Assembly (NCBI GenBank): GCA_016931555.1
Contig: JAFGEM010000074.1
Location: 1 to 34,861, forward strand
Source of the DNA: Candidatus Iainarchaeum sp.
GTDB lineage: Archaea; Iainarchaeota; Iainarchaeia; Iainarchaeales; GCA-2688035
Length of the DNA: 34,861 nucleotides
Reading direction: 5' to 3'
Positions 25,864 through 34,331 of this stretch are shown piece by piece. The notes under the pieces are model-generated. The model had not been told where the DNA came from and made no database searches. It worked only from the letters and a program-made list of their open reading frames with translations. The position numbers and the translations under genes are program-made. Every line of letters starts with the position of its first letter. Within the stretch, counting starts at the first letter, position 1.

Positions 25864-25881
25864 AACTGTGCTAACACAGTT
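25864..25881 (+). promoter_or_regulatory. Perfect 7-bp inverted repeat (AACTGTG-n4-CACAGTT), candidate antitoxin operator
   Basis: Read directly from the sequence, 20 nt upstream of the antitoxin TTG start and just upstream of its GGGGTGG SD. Confidence 0.35.
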
Positions 25882-25901
25882 ATTATTAGGGGTGGTTTTT
25901 T

Positions 25902-26126
25902 TTGGCTACTGTTACTATTTCGGTTTCCGATGAACTGAAGCAAAAAATGACAGAGTTTCCAGAGCTCAACTGGTCCGCCGTTGCAAGAAAGGCGATTGTT
26001 GAGAGAATCCAGTTGCTTGAACAGATGAATAAGCAGCTTTCAAAAAGCAGGCTTTCTGAAGAAGATACAATTGCACTTGGCAGGAAAGTCAAGGCCGCGG
26101 TTTCCAAAAGGTTTTTGAAGAACTGA
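25902..26126 (+). CDS. VapB-like antitoxin
   Basis: 74 aa. The N-terminus ATVTISVSDELKQKM is typical of small archaeal antitoxins. It ends 5 nt before the PIN gene. TTG start with an upstream SD. Confidence 0.65.
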   Translation: MATVTISVSDELKQKMTEFPELNWSAVARKAIVERIQLLEQMNKQLSKSRLSEEDTIALGRKVKAAVSKRFLKN

Positions 26127-26131
26127 TTTTT

Positions 26132-26536
26132 ATGCAGTTGGTTGTTGATGCAAATGTTCTTTTTGCAGCCTTGATTAAAGACAGCATAACAAGGCGGGTT
26201 CTTTTGGTTTCAATCCATGACTTGTATCTCCCTGAATTTTCCGTAATCGAATTCAAAAACCACTTGCCCGAGCTTTCTGAAAAAACAGGGTTAGCTCAAG
26301 AGGAATTAGCCCTTTTGTTTGAGCGCTTAATTGAAAAAGCGGGCATAAAGCTTGTTCCTTTTGAGGACTTTAAGAGTAAAAAAAATCAAGCGCAACAAAT
26401 AGCCCCTGATAAGGATGACGTGGCGTACCTTGCTCTTGCACTTCATTTGCATTGTGGACTTTGGTCAAATGACAAGGCGCTGAAAAGTCAAAAAACAGTT
26501 GAAGTTTTTTCTACAGCAGAAATCCTAAATAAATAA
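26132..26536 (+). CDS. PIN-domain toxin (VapC-like)
   Basis: MQLVVDANVLFAALIK provides the first acidic residue. DKDDVAYLALAL and LWSNDKAL supply the later conserved acidic positions. 134 aa. Confidence 0.8.
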   Translation: MQLVVDANVLFAALIKDSITRRVLLVSIHDLYLPEFSVIEFKNHLPELSEKTGLAQEELALLFERLIEKAGIKLVPFEDFKSKKNQAQQIAPDKDDVAYLALALHLHCGLWSNDKALKSQKTVEVFSTAEILNK

Positions 26537-26537
26537 T

Positions 26538-26631
26538 TTAAGCCTCATTCTTCTCGCATTTTTCCGCGTAATCGCAGAATCTGCACAGCCATTGCTTGTT
26601 TTCAAATTTTTTTGCTTCTGCTGTCGGAAGC
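26538..26631. repeat. Intact copy of the sequence duplicated at 25770-25852
   Basis: Hand alignment; see the pseudogene feature at 25770-25852. Confidence 0.6.
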
Positions 26632-27197
26632 AAATCGCTTGTTAGTGCAGTGTGCAGTTGCTTGAATCTTTCAATTATTTTTTCTCCCTCTTCTTTTGAA
26701 TATTCTATCTCAAATGCCTTGCTCTGCAAATTGTTCTTGTCCACGTAAAGAACAATGCCTTTGTGCACTCCAGTAGCGTGCATATAAAGCTGCAATTGTG
26801 TTTTGTGGCTGTCCTGCGCCTCCCCAATTGGGAGAACGCTTTTAGTGGATTTTACTTCGACCAAAATCTTTGTATTGTTCTCCTTTAAGAGAATTAAATC
26901 ATCTATTCTCCCTGAAACAATGAATCCGGGGTAGGATTTTTGGAATGGCAATTCCTCTTCCAATAATTCTACTTCCTTGTTTTTCTCGCTTTTCAATACA
27001 TCGACTACAAACTCATGGAGAATGTTTCCCAATTCAAATATTTTTGTTAATTCTGCCTTTGTTTCCATTGGGTGCTTGTAGGAATACCATATTTTTCTTA
27101 AGCAAGTGCCAATTTCGCTTGGATAATAGCGCCCAATTTGCTTTGGCCTTGATTCCCTTTCAAGGTGCTTTTCAATTAGCCTGTTAAAATCAATCAT
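26538..27197 (-). CDS. Cas4-like PD-(D/E)XK nuclease with a 4-Cys cluster (solo; no CRISPR or cas neighbours)
   Basis: N-terminal Cys (EIGTCLRK), GRIDDL, EVKS (D...ExK), QLQLY (QxxxY) and C-terminal CRFCDYAEKC (C-x2-C-x5-C). Confidence 0.8.
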   Translation of the reverse strand: MIDFNRLIEKHLERESRPKQIGRYYPSEIGTCLRKIWYSYKHPMETKAELTKIFELGNILHEFVVDVLKSEKNKEVELLEEELPFQKSYPGFIVSGRIDDLILLKENNTKILVEVKSTKSVLPIGEAQDSHKTQLQLYMHATGVHKGIVLYVDKNNLQSKAFEIEYSKEEGEKIIERFKQLHTALTSDLLPTAEAKKFENKQWLCRFCDYAEKCEKNEA

Positions 27198-27306
27198 TTT
27201 GCTCGGAATATTCTTTCCATAAATTGTTTTTTAAAAGGCTTTTAAGGCAGGTTTCCGCTGTTGCCAACACTAGGCTTTTAAATGTCTTTTCAACCCAATT
27301 TTCCCT

Positions 27307-28593
27307 ATGGGGTTTCTGGATAAATTGCGGGGCAAGCCAAAGCTTGAGGAAAAGCAGATACTGCTTAAGGATGTGGATTCTTTTCTCGAGTCGCGCGTTT
27401 CAAAGAAGCGTTCCGAGCTTGATAAGGCTGTGGCTTCCAAATTTTCTGAAATAAAGCACCTGCTGAAACAGACAAATGCTCTTCTTTCCCGGTTGGAGAC
27501 AAAAAGCGTTGAAAGCGAGAACCCAAAGCTCAAAAAAATTGTGCAGACGAGCAAGGCGCAGGCATTAAACCAATTATCCTCTCTTGTGCAGAGGCTTGAG
27601 CCTGTTTCTTTGAATGATTTGAGTGCAGTGCAAAAATATTGTTACGAATCCAATGCAATGCTGAAAACAGAGCTTGCTTCTTTCGGCAAAAACATTGCAT
27701 ACACTTCAATTGTTTTGAAGGAGGACATGCGCGAAATAGGCTCTCTTGTAAGCGATTTGCAGAATGTTTTTTCCTCTTTGGGCAAGGAATTTTCAAAAAA
27801 TAAAGAGGTTTTTATGCAGTCGCGTGTAAGGGAAATGCTTGAAAAAATTTCTTCTAACGGAAAGGAAATTTCTGATTTGAATTCCGAGATTTCGGAATTG
27901 CAGGGCTCTGTTTTGGAAGCGGAAAAATTGATCGATTCCCTGCACAGCGACCTGAAAAGAATCAGGACTTCTCCTGAGGCACAGAGTTTGCTTGAACTGG
28001 AGGCGCAAAGAAAAGCTCTTTTAACTGAGAAGCAGGCGCTTGAACAGGAGATTTTTGACAGGGTTTTTGTTATTGAAAAGCCTTTGCGCAAGCTTTATAG
28101 GCTGGTTGAGATAGGGAAAACAGGTCTTTCAAAGTCGCAGGAAAATTTTCTGCGCGATTTTTTAAAGAGCCCTGTTTCTGCGCTTAAATCAGATCCGCGG
28201 GGGGACTATTTCAAGGCTGTTTTGCAGGAGCTCGAAAATCATATTGTGAACGGGAACATTGGCTTGAAGGAGAAGGAGGTTGAAAAGAAAAAAGCGCTTT
28301 TGCAGGGCCTCCTGAATTTTGATTTTTTTGAAAATTTTTTTTGGAAGGCAAACAAGTTTGAAACTGATTTGAATAAGATAGACAAGGACCTTAAGTCCAA
28401 TGAGTTGGCTGGCAGGATTTCAAAGAAGGAGCGGGAATTGAATGATGCAAAGCTTGTTTTGCAGGAGCGCGGTTCCTCCTTAAACAAAAAGAAAAAGTCT
28501 TTGGAGGCTGTTCAGGAGGGCAATCAAATGCTTTTGGATTCCCTTCAAAATATTCTTTCTGAATCAGTTTCCGCGAAAGTAAAAATTGTTTAA
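27307..28593 (+). CDS. Long coiled-coil protein, unknown function
   Basis: 428 aa, heptad-like, rich in E, K, L and S, with no TM segment. Its stop codon overlaps the convergent gene's stop (TTAA at 28590-28593). Confidence 0.6.
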   Translation: MGFLDKLRGKPKLEEKQILLKDVDSFLESRVSKKRSELDKAVASKFSEIKHLLKQTNALLSRLETKSVESENPKLKKIVQTSKAQALNQLSSLVQRLEPVSLNDLSAVQKYCYESNAMLKTELASFGKNIAYTSIVLKEDMREIGSLVSDLQNVFSSLGKEFSKNKEVFMQSRVREMLEKISSNGKEISDLNSEISELQGSVLEAEKLIDSLHSDLKRIRTSPEAQSLLELEAQRKALLTEKQALEQEIFDRVFVIEKPLRKLYRLVEIGKTGLSKSQENFLRDFLKSPVSALKSDPRGDYFKAVLQELENHIVNGNIGLKEKEVEKKKALLQGLLNFDFFENFFWKANKFETDLNKIDKDLKSNELAGRISKKERELNDAKLVLQERGSSLNKKKKSLEAVQEGNQMLLDSLQNILSESVSAKVKIV

Positions 28594-29222
28594 AGCTTTA
28601 TTGTTCTGTCGCAGAATTGGGATATTGTGTTTATTACCTCTGGTTCCACGTCATCCATCATCAGGAATATTCCTTTTGCTTTCCAGGCGCGCATTTTTGC
28701 AGACATTGAGTGCACAAATTTTTCCGCTACATTTGCCTTGTTGTAGACAATAAGCGTGCTCAGGGAATCTATGATAACAAATTTTTCAGGTTCTTTAATC
28801 TGTTCGGCGTTCATTTCTATTGCAACGCTCAAATCAATCAGGTTTTTCGGCGAGTCAACGTAGAGCAGGTTTTTTCCCGACATTGTCGGCTCTCCAGTCA
28901 TTTTTGTTATTGTGTCTACAAAAAAAAATTTTGAGGGATCTACTTTTTCGCTTTTGAGTGCATCGAAGAGCGCTGTAACAGGCCAGTTTATGCTTACGTA
29001 AACCCCTGTCATGTTTTTTTGCGCAAAGTACTTTAGTAAGCGCACGTTAACAAGATAGTGTTCCTTCATTTTTTCGAGCAATAGTATTATGAATCTTTTT
29101 GGGAGTTCTTCAAAGAGCTTTTCGACTTTTATGTCTACTGTGTGTGCCGGGCTGAGCAAATCAAACAGTTCCTTGTCTTCCCTTGAAATTTCTTTGGGCT
29201 GCCTTAATTGCTCTTCGCTCAT
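28590..29222 (-). CDS. KaiC/RecA-fold protein lacking a Walker A motif (inactive paralog of the upstream ATPase)
   Basis: GVYVSINWP, FVIIDSLSTL and KGIFLMMDD parallel GVYVSLEEP, LVIDPG and TAIITNE in the neighbouring KaiC-like protein, but there is no GxxGxGKT. ATGA overlap with the upstream gene. Confidence 0.55.
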   Translation of the reverse strand: MSEEQLRQPKEISREDKELFDLLSPAHTVDIKVEKLFEELPKRFIILLLEKMKEHYLVNVRLLKYFAQKNMTGVYVSINWPVTALFDALKSEKVDPSKFFFVDTITKMTGEPTMSGKNLLYVDSPKNLIDLSVAIEMNAEQIKEPEKFVIIDSLSTLIVYNKANVAEKFVHSMSAKMRAWKAKGIFLMMDDVEPEVINTISQFCDRTIKL

Positions 29223-29944
29223 TTGACATCCTCGAATAATTCGTGTTTTGCGAGTATTTTTATGCCTTCTTTTGTGATTGTGATTGGGTGGAGTTTTTCA
29301 GAGATTTTTGTGCCGCGCATTTTTAGCACTCCAATGCTTCGCACAAACCTGTCCTCCAGTTTTGTGTGGTATAACAGTATTACGCCGTCTGCCACGTATT
29401 CCTCCAACCCAAAAAGCGAGGTTGTTTTGTCCAGGGCTATTTCGTTTGTTATTATTGCTGTGCAGCCAATTTTTTTGAGCATTCTTGCAAGGCTGAGTAT
29501 TCTTTTTCTTGCGTCTAATTCCCTTTCAAAGTAGAGCCGGAATATTACTCCGGGGTCTATTACAAGGCGCTTTGCATGTATTCTTGCAACAACATCTTCT
29601 ATTGTGCTTTTTAGCTTGTCAAAATCATAGAGTTCTACTGTTATTACAATTAGTTTTCCCTCTTCAATAAGGCTTGCAATGTCCCAGCCAAATGTTTCCG
29701 CCATTTTCACTACTTCTTCTTCCGGCTCTTCAAGAGAAACATAGACTCCGGGTTCATCGTACTCCATTGCGCCCCTGTAAAGAAACTCCAGGCAGAGGCT
29801 TGTTTTTCCGCTTCCGGGGTCTCCTGAAATAACAACAAGGTTGTTTCTCGGAATTCCGCCGAAAAGAATTTCATCTAATCCAGGGACTCCTGTTTTAGTT
29901 CTTTCATCTTTCTGTGCTGTTAGTGTTTTAGCCTGCCTTGGCAT
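29219..29944 (-). CDS. Single-domain KaiC-like (RecA-superfamily) ATPase
   Basis: TGVPGLDEILFGGIPRNNLVVISGDPGSGKTSLCLEF (Walker A), LVIDPG (Walker B region), VLKMRGT. 241 aa. Confidence 0.85.
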   Translation of the reverse strand: MPRQAKTLTAQKDERTKTGVPGLDEILFGGIPRNNLVVISGDPGSGKTSLCLEFLYRGAMEYDEPGVYVSLEEPEEEVVKMAETFGWDIASLIEEGKLIVITVELYDFDKLKSTIEDVVARIHAKRLVIDPGVIFRLYFERELDARKRILSLARMLKKIGCTAIITNEIALDKTTSLFGLEEYVADGVILLYHTKLEDRFVRSIGVLKMRGTKISEKLHPITITKEGIKILAKHELFEDVK

Positions 29945-30035
29945 TCAAACCACAATTTCTTTTTCTAAAGGGATATATTATAATAGAGTTTTTATTAATT
30001 AACCTTTCCCTGTTAAGAATCAGCTTTTTTTCGAA

Positions 30036-31196
30036 CTAGTTTTTGCTTATTTCATTGAACAGGTGGACATAGCTTTCTGCAATTCTCGGCCAGGTCCATG
30101 CCCTGCTGTAGGAATAGGCATTTTTTTTCACTCTTTCCCTTAGCTTGTGGTCTGCTAGAACTCTGTTTACTGCGCTTGCAATTGCAGTGGATTTTTTGAA
30201 TGGCACAAGCACTCCCCTTCCATGCCTTAGAGCGTCTTTTGCATAGAGGTATGGTGTGCTTACACACGCGCATCCTGCTCCTATTGCATATGCTAATGTT
30301 CCTGAGCTTATTTGCTGCGGATCAAAATAAGGTGTTATGTATACATCTGTTGCTTGTAGGTATCTGCATATCTCCTGCAATGGAAGATACTTGTTGTAAA
30401 ACCTTACATGGTCGCTTGTTCCTGTTTTGTTCACAATTTCCTTTAGCCTGTTCCTGTATCTCTCGCCCTCTCTCTTCCTCACTCCGGGATGCGTCTCCCC
30501 AATAATCAAATACAGTATCTCTGGATTTTCCTCTACAATGCTTGGCATTGCCCTTAACGCATACTGAATTCCCTTTTTATTGCTCAGCAAGCCAAATGTT
30601 GCCATTACTTTTCTCCCTGTAAGGTTCAATTCTGCTTTTGCTTCCTCTGTTTTTCCCGAGGCAATGTAAGGGATGCCGTGCGGAATAATTTCAATTTTAT
30701 CAGGATCAACTTTGTAGGCATTTGCAAGAATGTCCTTTCCATAGCCGCTTATTACAACAACCTTGTCGCTGTTGTTGCAGATTTTTCTCACAACATACCT
30801 AATGTGCTTTGCATTCTTTTCAGGATTCAATACCGAATGGAAAGTTGTTACAGTGGGCTTATTAAGCTCCTCCAAAAAAGGAATCAAATAATCCCCGTAT
30901 TCCCCTCCAAAAATCCCGAACTCATGCTGTATGCAGACTGCCTTGGTTTTTTTGCACTTGTTTATTTTCTCCACTGTTTCCAAATATTTTTCCCTGTCAT
31001 CCTCGTCAATCTGGTGCTGCACTTTTTTGGGATAGCCATATGTTGAAAGCAGGTTTTCATTCATTGCAGTAATCCTGCATCTTGCCTCTGGATTGAATTT
31101 TTTGTCTATTGCAGTAACAAGGTCATTGGTAAAAGTAGCAATCCCGCACTCCCTCGGCGGAAAAGTGCTTACAAAGTTAAACCAGTACTTTGAAAT
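30036..31196 (-). CDS. GT4-family glycosyltransferase with probable non-canonical start
   Basis: The C-terminal GT-B half has a GETHPG...E-rich region and TLAYAIGAGCACV. The conserved N-terminus VSTFPPRECGIATFTNDL is encoded in frame upstream of the first ATG (31064). The frame opens after the TGA at 31202-31204. AGGTGA lies 6 nt before the in-frame ATT at 31194-31196. Confidence 0.7.
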   Translation of the reverse strand: MSKYWFNFVSTFPPRECGIATFTNDLVTAIDKKFNPEARCRITAMNENLLSTYGYPKKVQHQIDEDDREKYLETVEKINKCKKTKAVCIQHEFGIFGGEYGDYLIPFLEELNKPTVTTFHSVLNPEKNAKHIRYVVRKICNNSDKVVVISGYGKDILANAYKVDPDKIEIIPHGIPYIASGKTEEAKAELNLTGRKVMATFGLLSNKKGIQYALRAMPSIVEENPEILYLIIGETHPGVRKREGERYRNRLKEIVNKTGTSDHVRFYNKYLPLQEICRYLQATDVYITPYFDPQQISSGTLAYAIGAGCACVSTPYLYAKDALRHGRGVLVPFKKSTAIASAVNRVLADHKLRERVKKNAYSYSRAWTWPRIAESYVHLFNEISKN

Positions 31197-31206
31197 TTTG
31201 AGTCAC

Positions 31207-32397
31207 CTATAATGTTTCTTTCTTGTTCTCGCTGAGCTCATCCCCCAATTTTTTAATGAGCTTTTCGTAAAGCGAGACATGTTTTTTTGCAACAATGCTC
31301 CACTTTATCTTGCTGGTAACATACTTAACAGCATTTTTTGCATACCTCTTCCTTAAAGCATCGTTCTTCAAGAGTTCTACTATTGCCCTTTCAAGCTCCA
31401 TGTCATCTTCCATTGGAACAGCCATGCCTGCCCTGCTTTCTTCTATCTCTGCCTTTAAGCCTTCCATTGCAGTTGCAATGCATGGAACACCCAAAGCAAA
31501 AGCGTGCGCAAGATTTCCGGATTGGGAGGCCCTATTGTAAGGCAAAACCATTATGTCAAAGCTCGACAATACCTTGTCATACTCTTCAGGAGTAAACGCA
31601 CCCTCCATGACCTTGATGCTTGGCCTGTCCTTGCTTTTTTCAATGTTTTTAAGCAGTTTTGGCTTGTACATTTGCCCTGATGTCGAGCCAGGCCTTGCGC
31701 CCCCTGCGACAACAAGGACTGCGCTTTTTCCTGCCCTCTTCCTTATCTTGGACCAGATTTTTACAACTCTTTCAAATCCCTTGTTGGGCTCCCACCATCC
31801 AATCAATCCAACAACTTTTTTTCCTTCCAAACCCAATTCTCTCTTGGCGTTTTTGAATGCCTTCAGGTCTTTTGCCCCGTGCGGAATAACATAAACATTG
31901 TCAGGCAGCCGCCCAATATTCACTGGCAGATAGATTTTTTGGTACTCTTCATGCACTATTCCCGCGCCAGTCAGTTTTAGTGCAACATCCATGTAAATGC
32001 TCTGGCTCCTGTCCAGCACAGTGTAAACACTGTGGTAGGTTACTGCTACTGGAAATTCTGCGTCAACCATCCACTTGTAGAAAGTATTCAATAGTTTTGC
32101 GCTCTGGTCTTTCTTGTGCTGGTACAATCCATACTCGTGCTGTATGTGCACTACATCCGGCTTAAGCCTTGAGACTTTTTCGTAAAGCTTTTCGCACCAC
32201 TCTGCACTCTTCAGCTTCTGGCCCTTGCCAATATTCAGAATTGGATAAACCCTGTCTGCGCCTTTTTTCCCGCCATCTGCAAAAGTAACGACAAAGACTT
32301 CATGGCCAAGGTTACGGATTGCTTTGATCAAATCCCAAGAATAGGTTGCAATTCCGCAGTGGCGCGGGGGCCAGCTTGTTACAAAAACAATTCGCAA
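31207..32397 (-). CDS. GT4-family glycosyltransferase
   Basis: MRIVFVTSWPPRHCGIATYSWDL, an EYGLY region, SQSGNLAHAFALGVPCIAT. TTG start at 32395-32397 with GGTGA 6 nt upstream. The next in-frame ATG is about 100 codons in. Confidence 0.85.
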   Translation of the reverse strand: MRIVFVTSWPPRHCGIATYSWDLIKAIRNLGHEVFVVTFADGGKKGADRVYPILNIGKGQKLKSAEWCEKLYEKVSRLKPDVVHIQHEYGLYQHKKDQSAKLLNTFYKWMVDAEFPVAVTYHSVYTVLDRSQSIYMDVALKLTGAGIVHEEYQKIYLPVNIGRLPDNVYVIPHGAKDLKAFKNAKRELGLEGKKVVGLIGWWEPNKGFERVVKIWSKIRKRAGKSAVLVVAGGARPGSTSGQMYKPKLLKNIEKSKDRPSIKVMEGAFTPEEYDKVLSSFDIMVLPYNRASQSGNLAHAFALGVPCIATAMEGLKAEIEESRAGMAVPMEDDMELERAIVELLKNDALRKRYAKNAVKYVTSKIKWSIVAKKHVSLYEKLIKKLGDELSENKKETL

Positions 32398-32472
32398 CTA
32401 GTTTCACCGTTTGAATATAACAATAAATTAGAACAAACTTTCTTATATACTTTTCGCGTCCAATCTTTCTTC

Positions 32473-33051
32473 ATGCTGCGGGTTGCGCTCACGGGCAACA
32501 TTGCAATGGGCAAGACAACTGCCCTCAACTTTTTTTCCGAGCTTGGTTTGGCTACAATAGATTCTGACGAAATTGTTGCCGAGTTCTATAAAAAACCCAA
32601 GGTAGCTGGCTTTTTGCGCAGGCGCTTTGGCACAACCCAAAAAGCCAAGATAGCTGAAATAGTTTTTTGCTATAAAAACGCGCGCGACGAGCTTGAAAAA
32701 TTCTTGCATCCAATGGTTTTTGAGGAGATTGAAACACGCATTTCAAAGTTAAAGAGGCAGGGCAAAAAGCTTGTTGTTGTTGATATCCCGCTCTTGTTTG
32801 AGACTAATTCGGAAAATAATTTTGGCAAAGTTGTTGTTGTTTATGCTACCCAGCCACAGCAGGTTTATCGCCTGCAGAAGCGCAGGCATTCAGTGGCTGA
32901 CGCTTTCCACAGAATTAACGCGCAGGCCCCTATTTTTTCCAAGCTGGAAAAGGCTGATTTTGTTATTGACAATTCCAAGCGCCTTGCAGACACCAAAAGA
33001 CAGGTAAAGCGCGTTGCAAAAAAACTGGCTAAGCTTGCTGAAAAAACTTAA
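32473..33051 (+). CDS. coaE: Dephospho-CoA kinase, bacterial/eukaryotic CoaE type
   Basis: RVALTGNIAMGKTT (P-loop), IDSDEIV, LHP, VVVDIPLLFE, ADFVIDNS, colinear with E. coli CoaE. The start is placed at the ATG at 32473. The longer ORF overlaps the divergent GT gene. Confidence 0.85.
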   Translation: MLRVALTGNIAMGKTTALNFFSELGLATIDSDEIVAEFYKKPKVAGFLRRRFGTTQKAKIAEIVFCYKNARDELEKFLHPMVFEEIETRISKLKRQGKKLVVVDIPLLFETNSENNFGKVVVVYATQPQQVYRLQKRRHSVADAFHRINAQAPIFSKLEKADFVIDNSKRLADTKRQVKRVAKKLAKLAEKT

Positions 33052-33076
33052 ATACATGTAAAAACCATTCTTTGTT

Positions 33077-33802
33077 ATGCCAAATCAGCGTAAAAGTAAA
33101 ACTCCTTTCCAAAATTTTACTTTGCTTGAATTAAGCCATCTGCATCCGAGCGATATTATGGGCGTGAGTTCGCTTGCGAGTGCGCGCAGAATGCTTGAAA
33201 AGCGCCTGCAATTTGGAAAAAAAATTATTGATTCTGAAACCAAGCCCATGGATTTGGTTATGATTGAGCAGCCAGTGCCCACTACTTATGCCCAGTTTCT
33301 TGACGGTTTGGATGCTGTCCCTGAGGAGGCAAAAAAGGGTTCCCTTGTGCATAAAATTTGGCGTGAGTGCGCAGAGTTTAGCGGGAACTTTTATTTCAAG
33401 CTTGCTGAATACGCTCGGGCAAAAGGGCGCAGAGTAGAGTCCCTTGAATCAGGTTTAACTCAGCGCCCGAGCAGGCTTCAGCGCGCTTACACTCATCTCG
33501 ACCTTCTCGATTCTGAAAAGGCGCATAGAGTAGAGTATTTGTTTCATTTTAGGCGCCATGCCTCAATGGAGGCAAGGATACAGTCAAAAAAACCGAATTT
33601 GGTTATTGCCGCTTCTGGGCACGCAATGCTTTTTGAGCAAAAATTTCATCCAAGGAAAACAATTTATAATCTCCCTGAATTCAATGCTCCGGAAAGAAAA
33701 GCTGAAATTGCACGGCGCCGCAGAACTGCTGTTCACAGGCACAACCTTGAAAAAGCTGCGAGAAGAAAAAATGCCCTTTCCTCAGGGCATAGAAAGAAAT
33801 AA
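33077..33802 (+). CDS. Hypothetical protein between coaE and coaD
   Basis: 241-aa ORF with an ATG start and basic termini. No recognised family. Confidence 0.55.
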   Translation: MPNQRKSKTPFQNFTLLELSHLHPSDIMGVSSLASARRMLEKRLQFGKKIIDSETKPMDLVMIEQPVPTTYAQFLDGLDAVPEEAKKGSLVHKIWRECAEFSGNFYFKLAEYARAKGRRVESLESGLTQRPSRLQRAYTHLDLLDSEKAHRVEYLFHFRRHASMEARIQSKKPNLVIAASGHAMLFEQKFHPRKTIYNLPEFNAPERKAEIARRRRTAVHRHNLEKAARRKNALSSGHRKK

Positions 33803-33844
33803 GTAGCTTGCCATTGCTATTCTATTATCCGATTAGTGGTTTTT

Positions 33845-34327
33845 ATGGAACGCGTTGCAGTTTATCCCGGAACATTTGACCCAATTACTTTCGGGCACAT
33901 GGACGTTATCAACCGTGCTCTCGAGCTTTTCGACAAACTAATAATTGGCGTGTCAACGCATCCAAACAAAATTCCACTCTTTTCATTGGAAGAGCGCAAG
34001 AAGCTTGTTGCAGACTCAGTCAAAGGCCTTTCCAAGGCAGAGGTTGATTCTTTTGACGGCCTTCTCGTTGACTTTTGCAAAAAAAAGCATGCGGCTACAA
34101 TGATTAGGGGTTTGCGCGCTTTGTCTGATTTTGAATCCGAGTTCCAGCGCGCAACAATTAACAGAAAGCTCTCTCCAAATCTTGATACTGTTTTTGTCAT
34201 GACAAGCGACAAATTCTTTTACCTGAACAGCAGCATTGTAAAGGAACTCGCTCTTTTTGGCGGAAAAATCGACTGCCTTGTTCCCAAGCACGTGGAAAAA
34301 GCCTTGAAACAGAAGCTGAAAAAATAG
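33845..34327 (+). CDS. coaD: Phosphopantetheine adenylyltransferase, bacterial CoaD type
   Basis: RVAVYPGTFDPITFGHMDVINRA, IRGLRALSDFESEFQ, SSSIVKEL: near-perfect CoaD signature. ATG at 33845. Confidence 0.9.
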   Translation: MERVAVYPGTFDPITFGHMDVINRALELFDKLIIGVSTHPNKIPLFSLEERKKLVADSVKGLSKAEVDSFDGLLVDFCKKKHAATMIRGLRALSDFESEFQRATINRKLSPNLDTVFVMTSDKFFYLNSSIVKELALFGGKIDCLVPKHVEKALKQKLKK

Positions 34328-34331
34328 TTTT

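Noticed and set aside
25886-26107. 73-aa ORF antisense to the antitoxin gene, and the 79-aa ORF at 25123-25362 antisense to the lipoprotein gene
   Set aside because: They are shadow frames of better-supported genes and have no start context.
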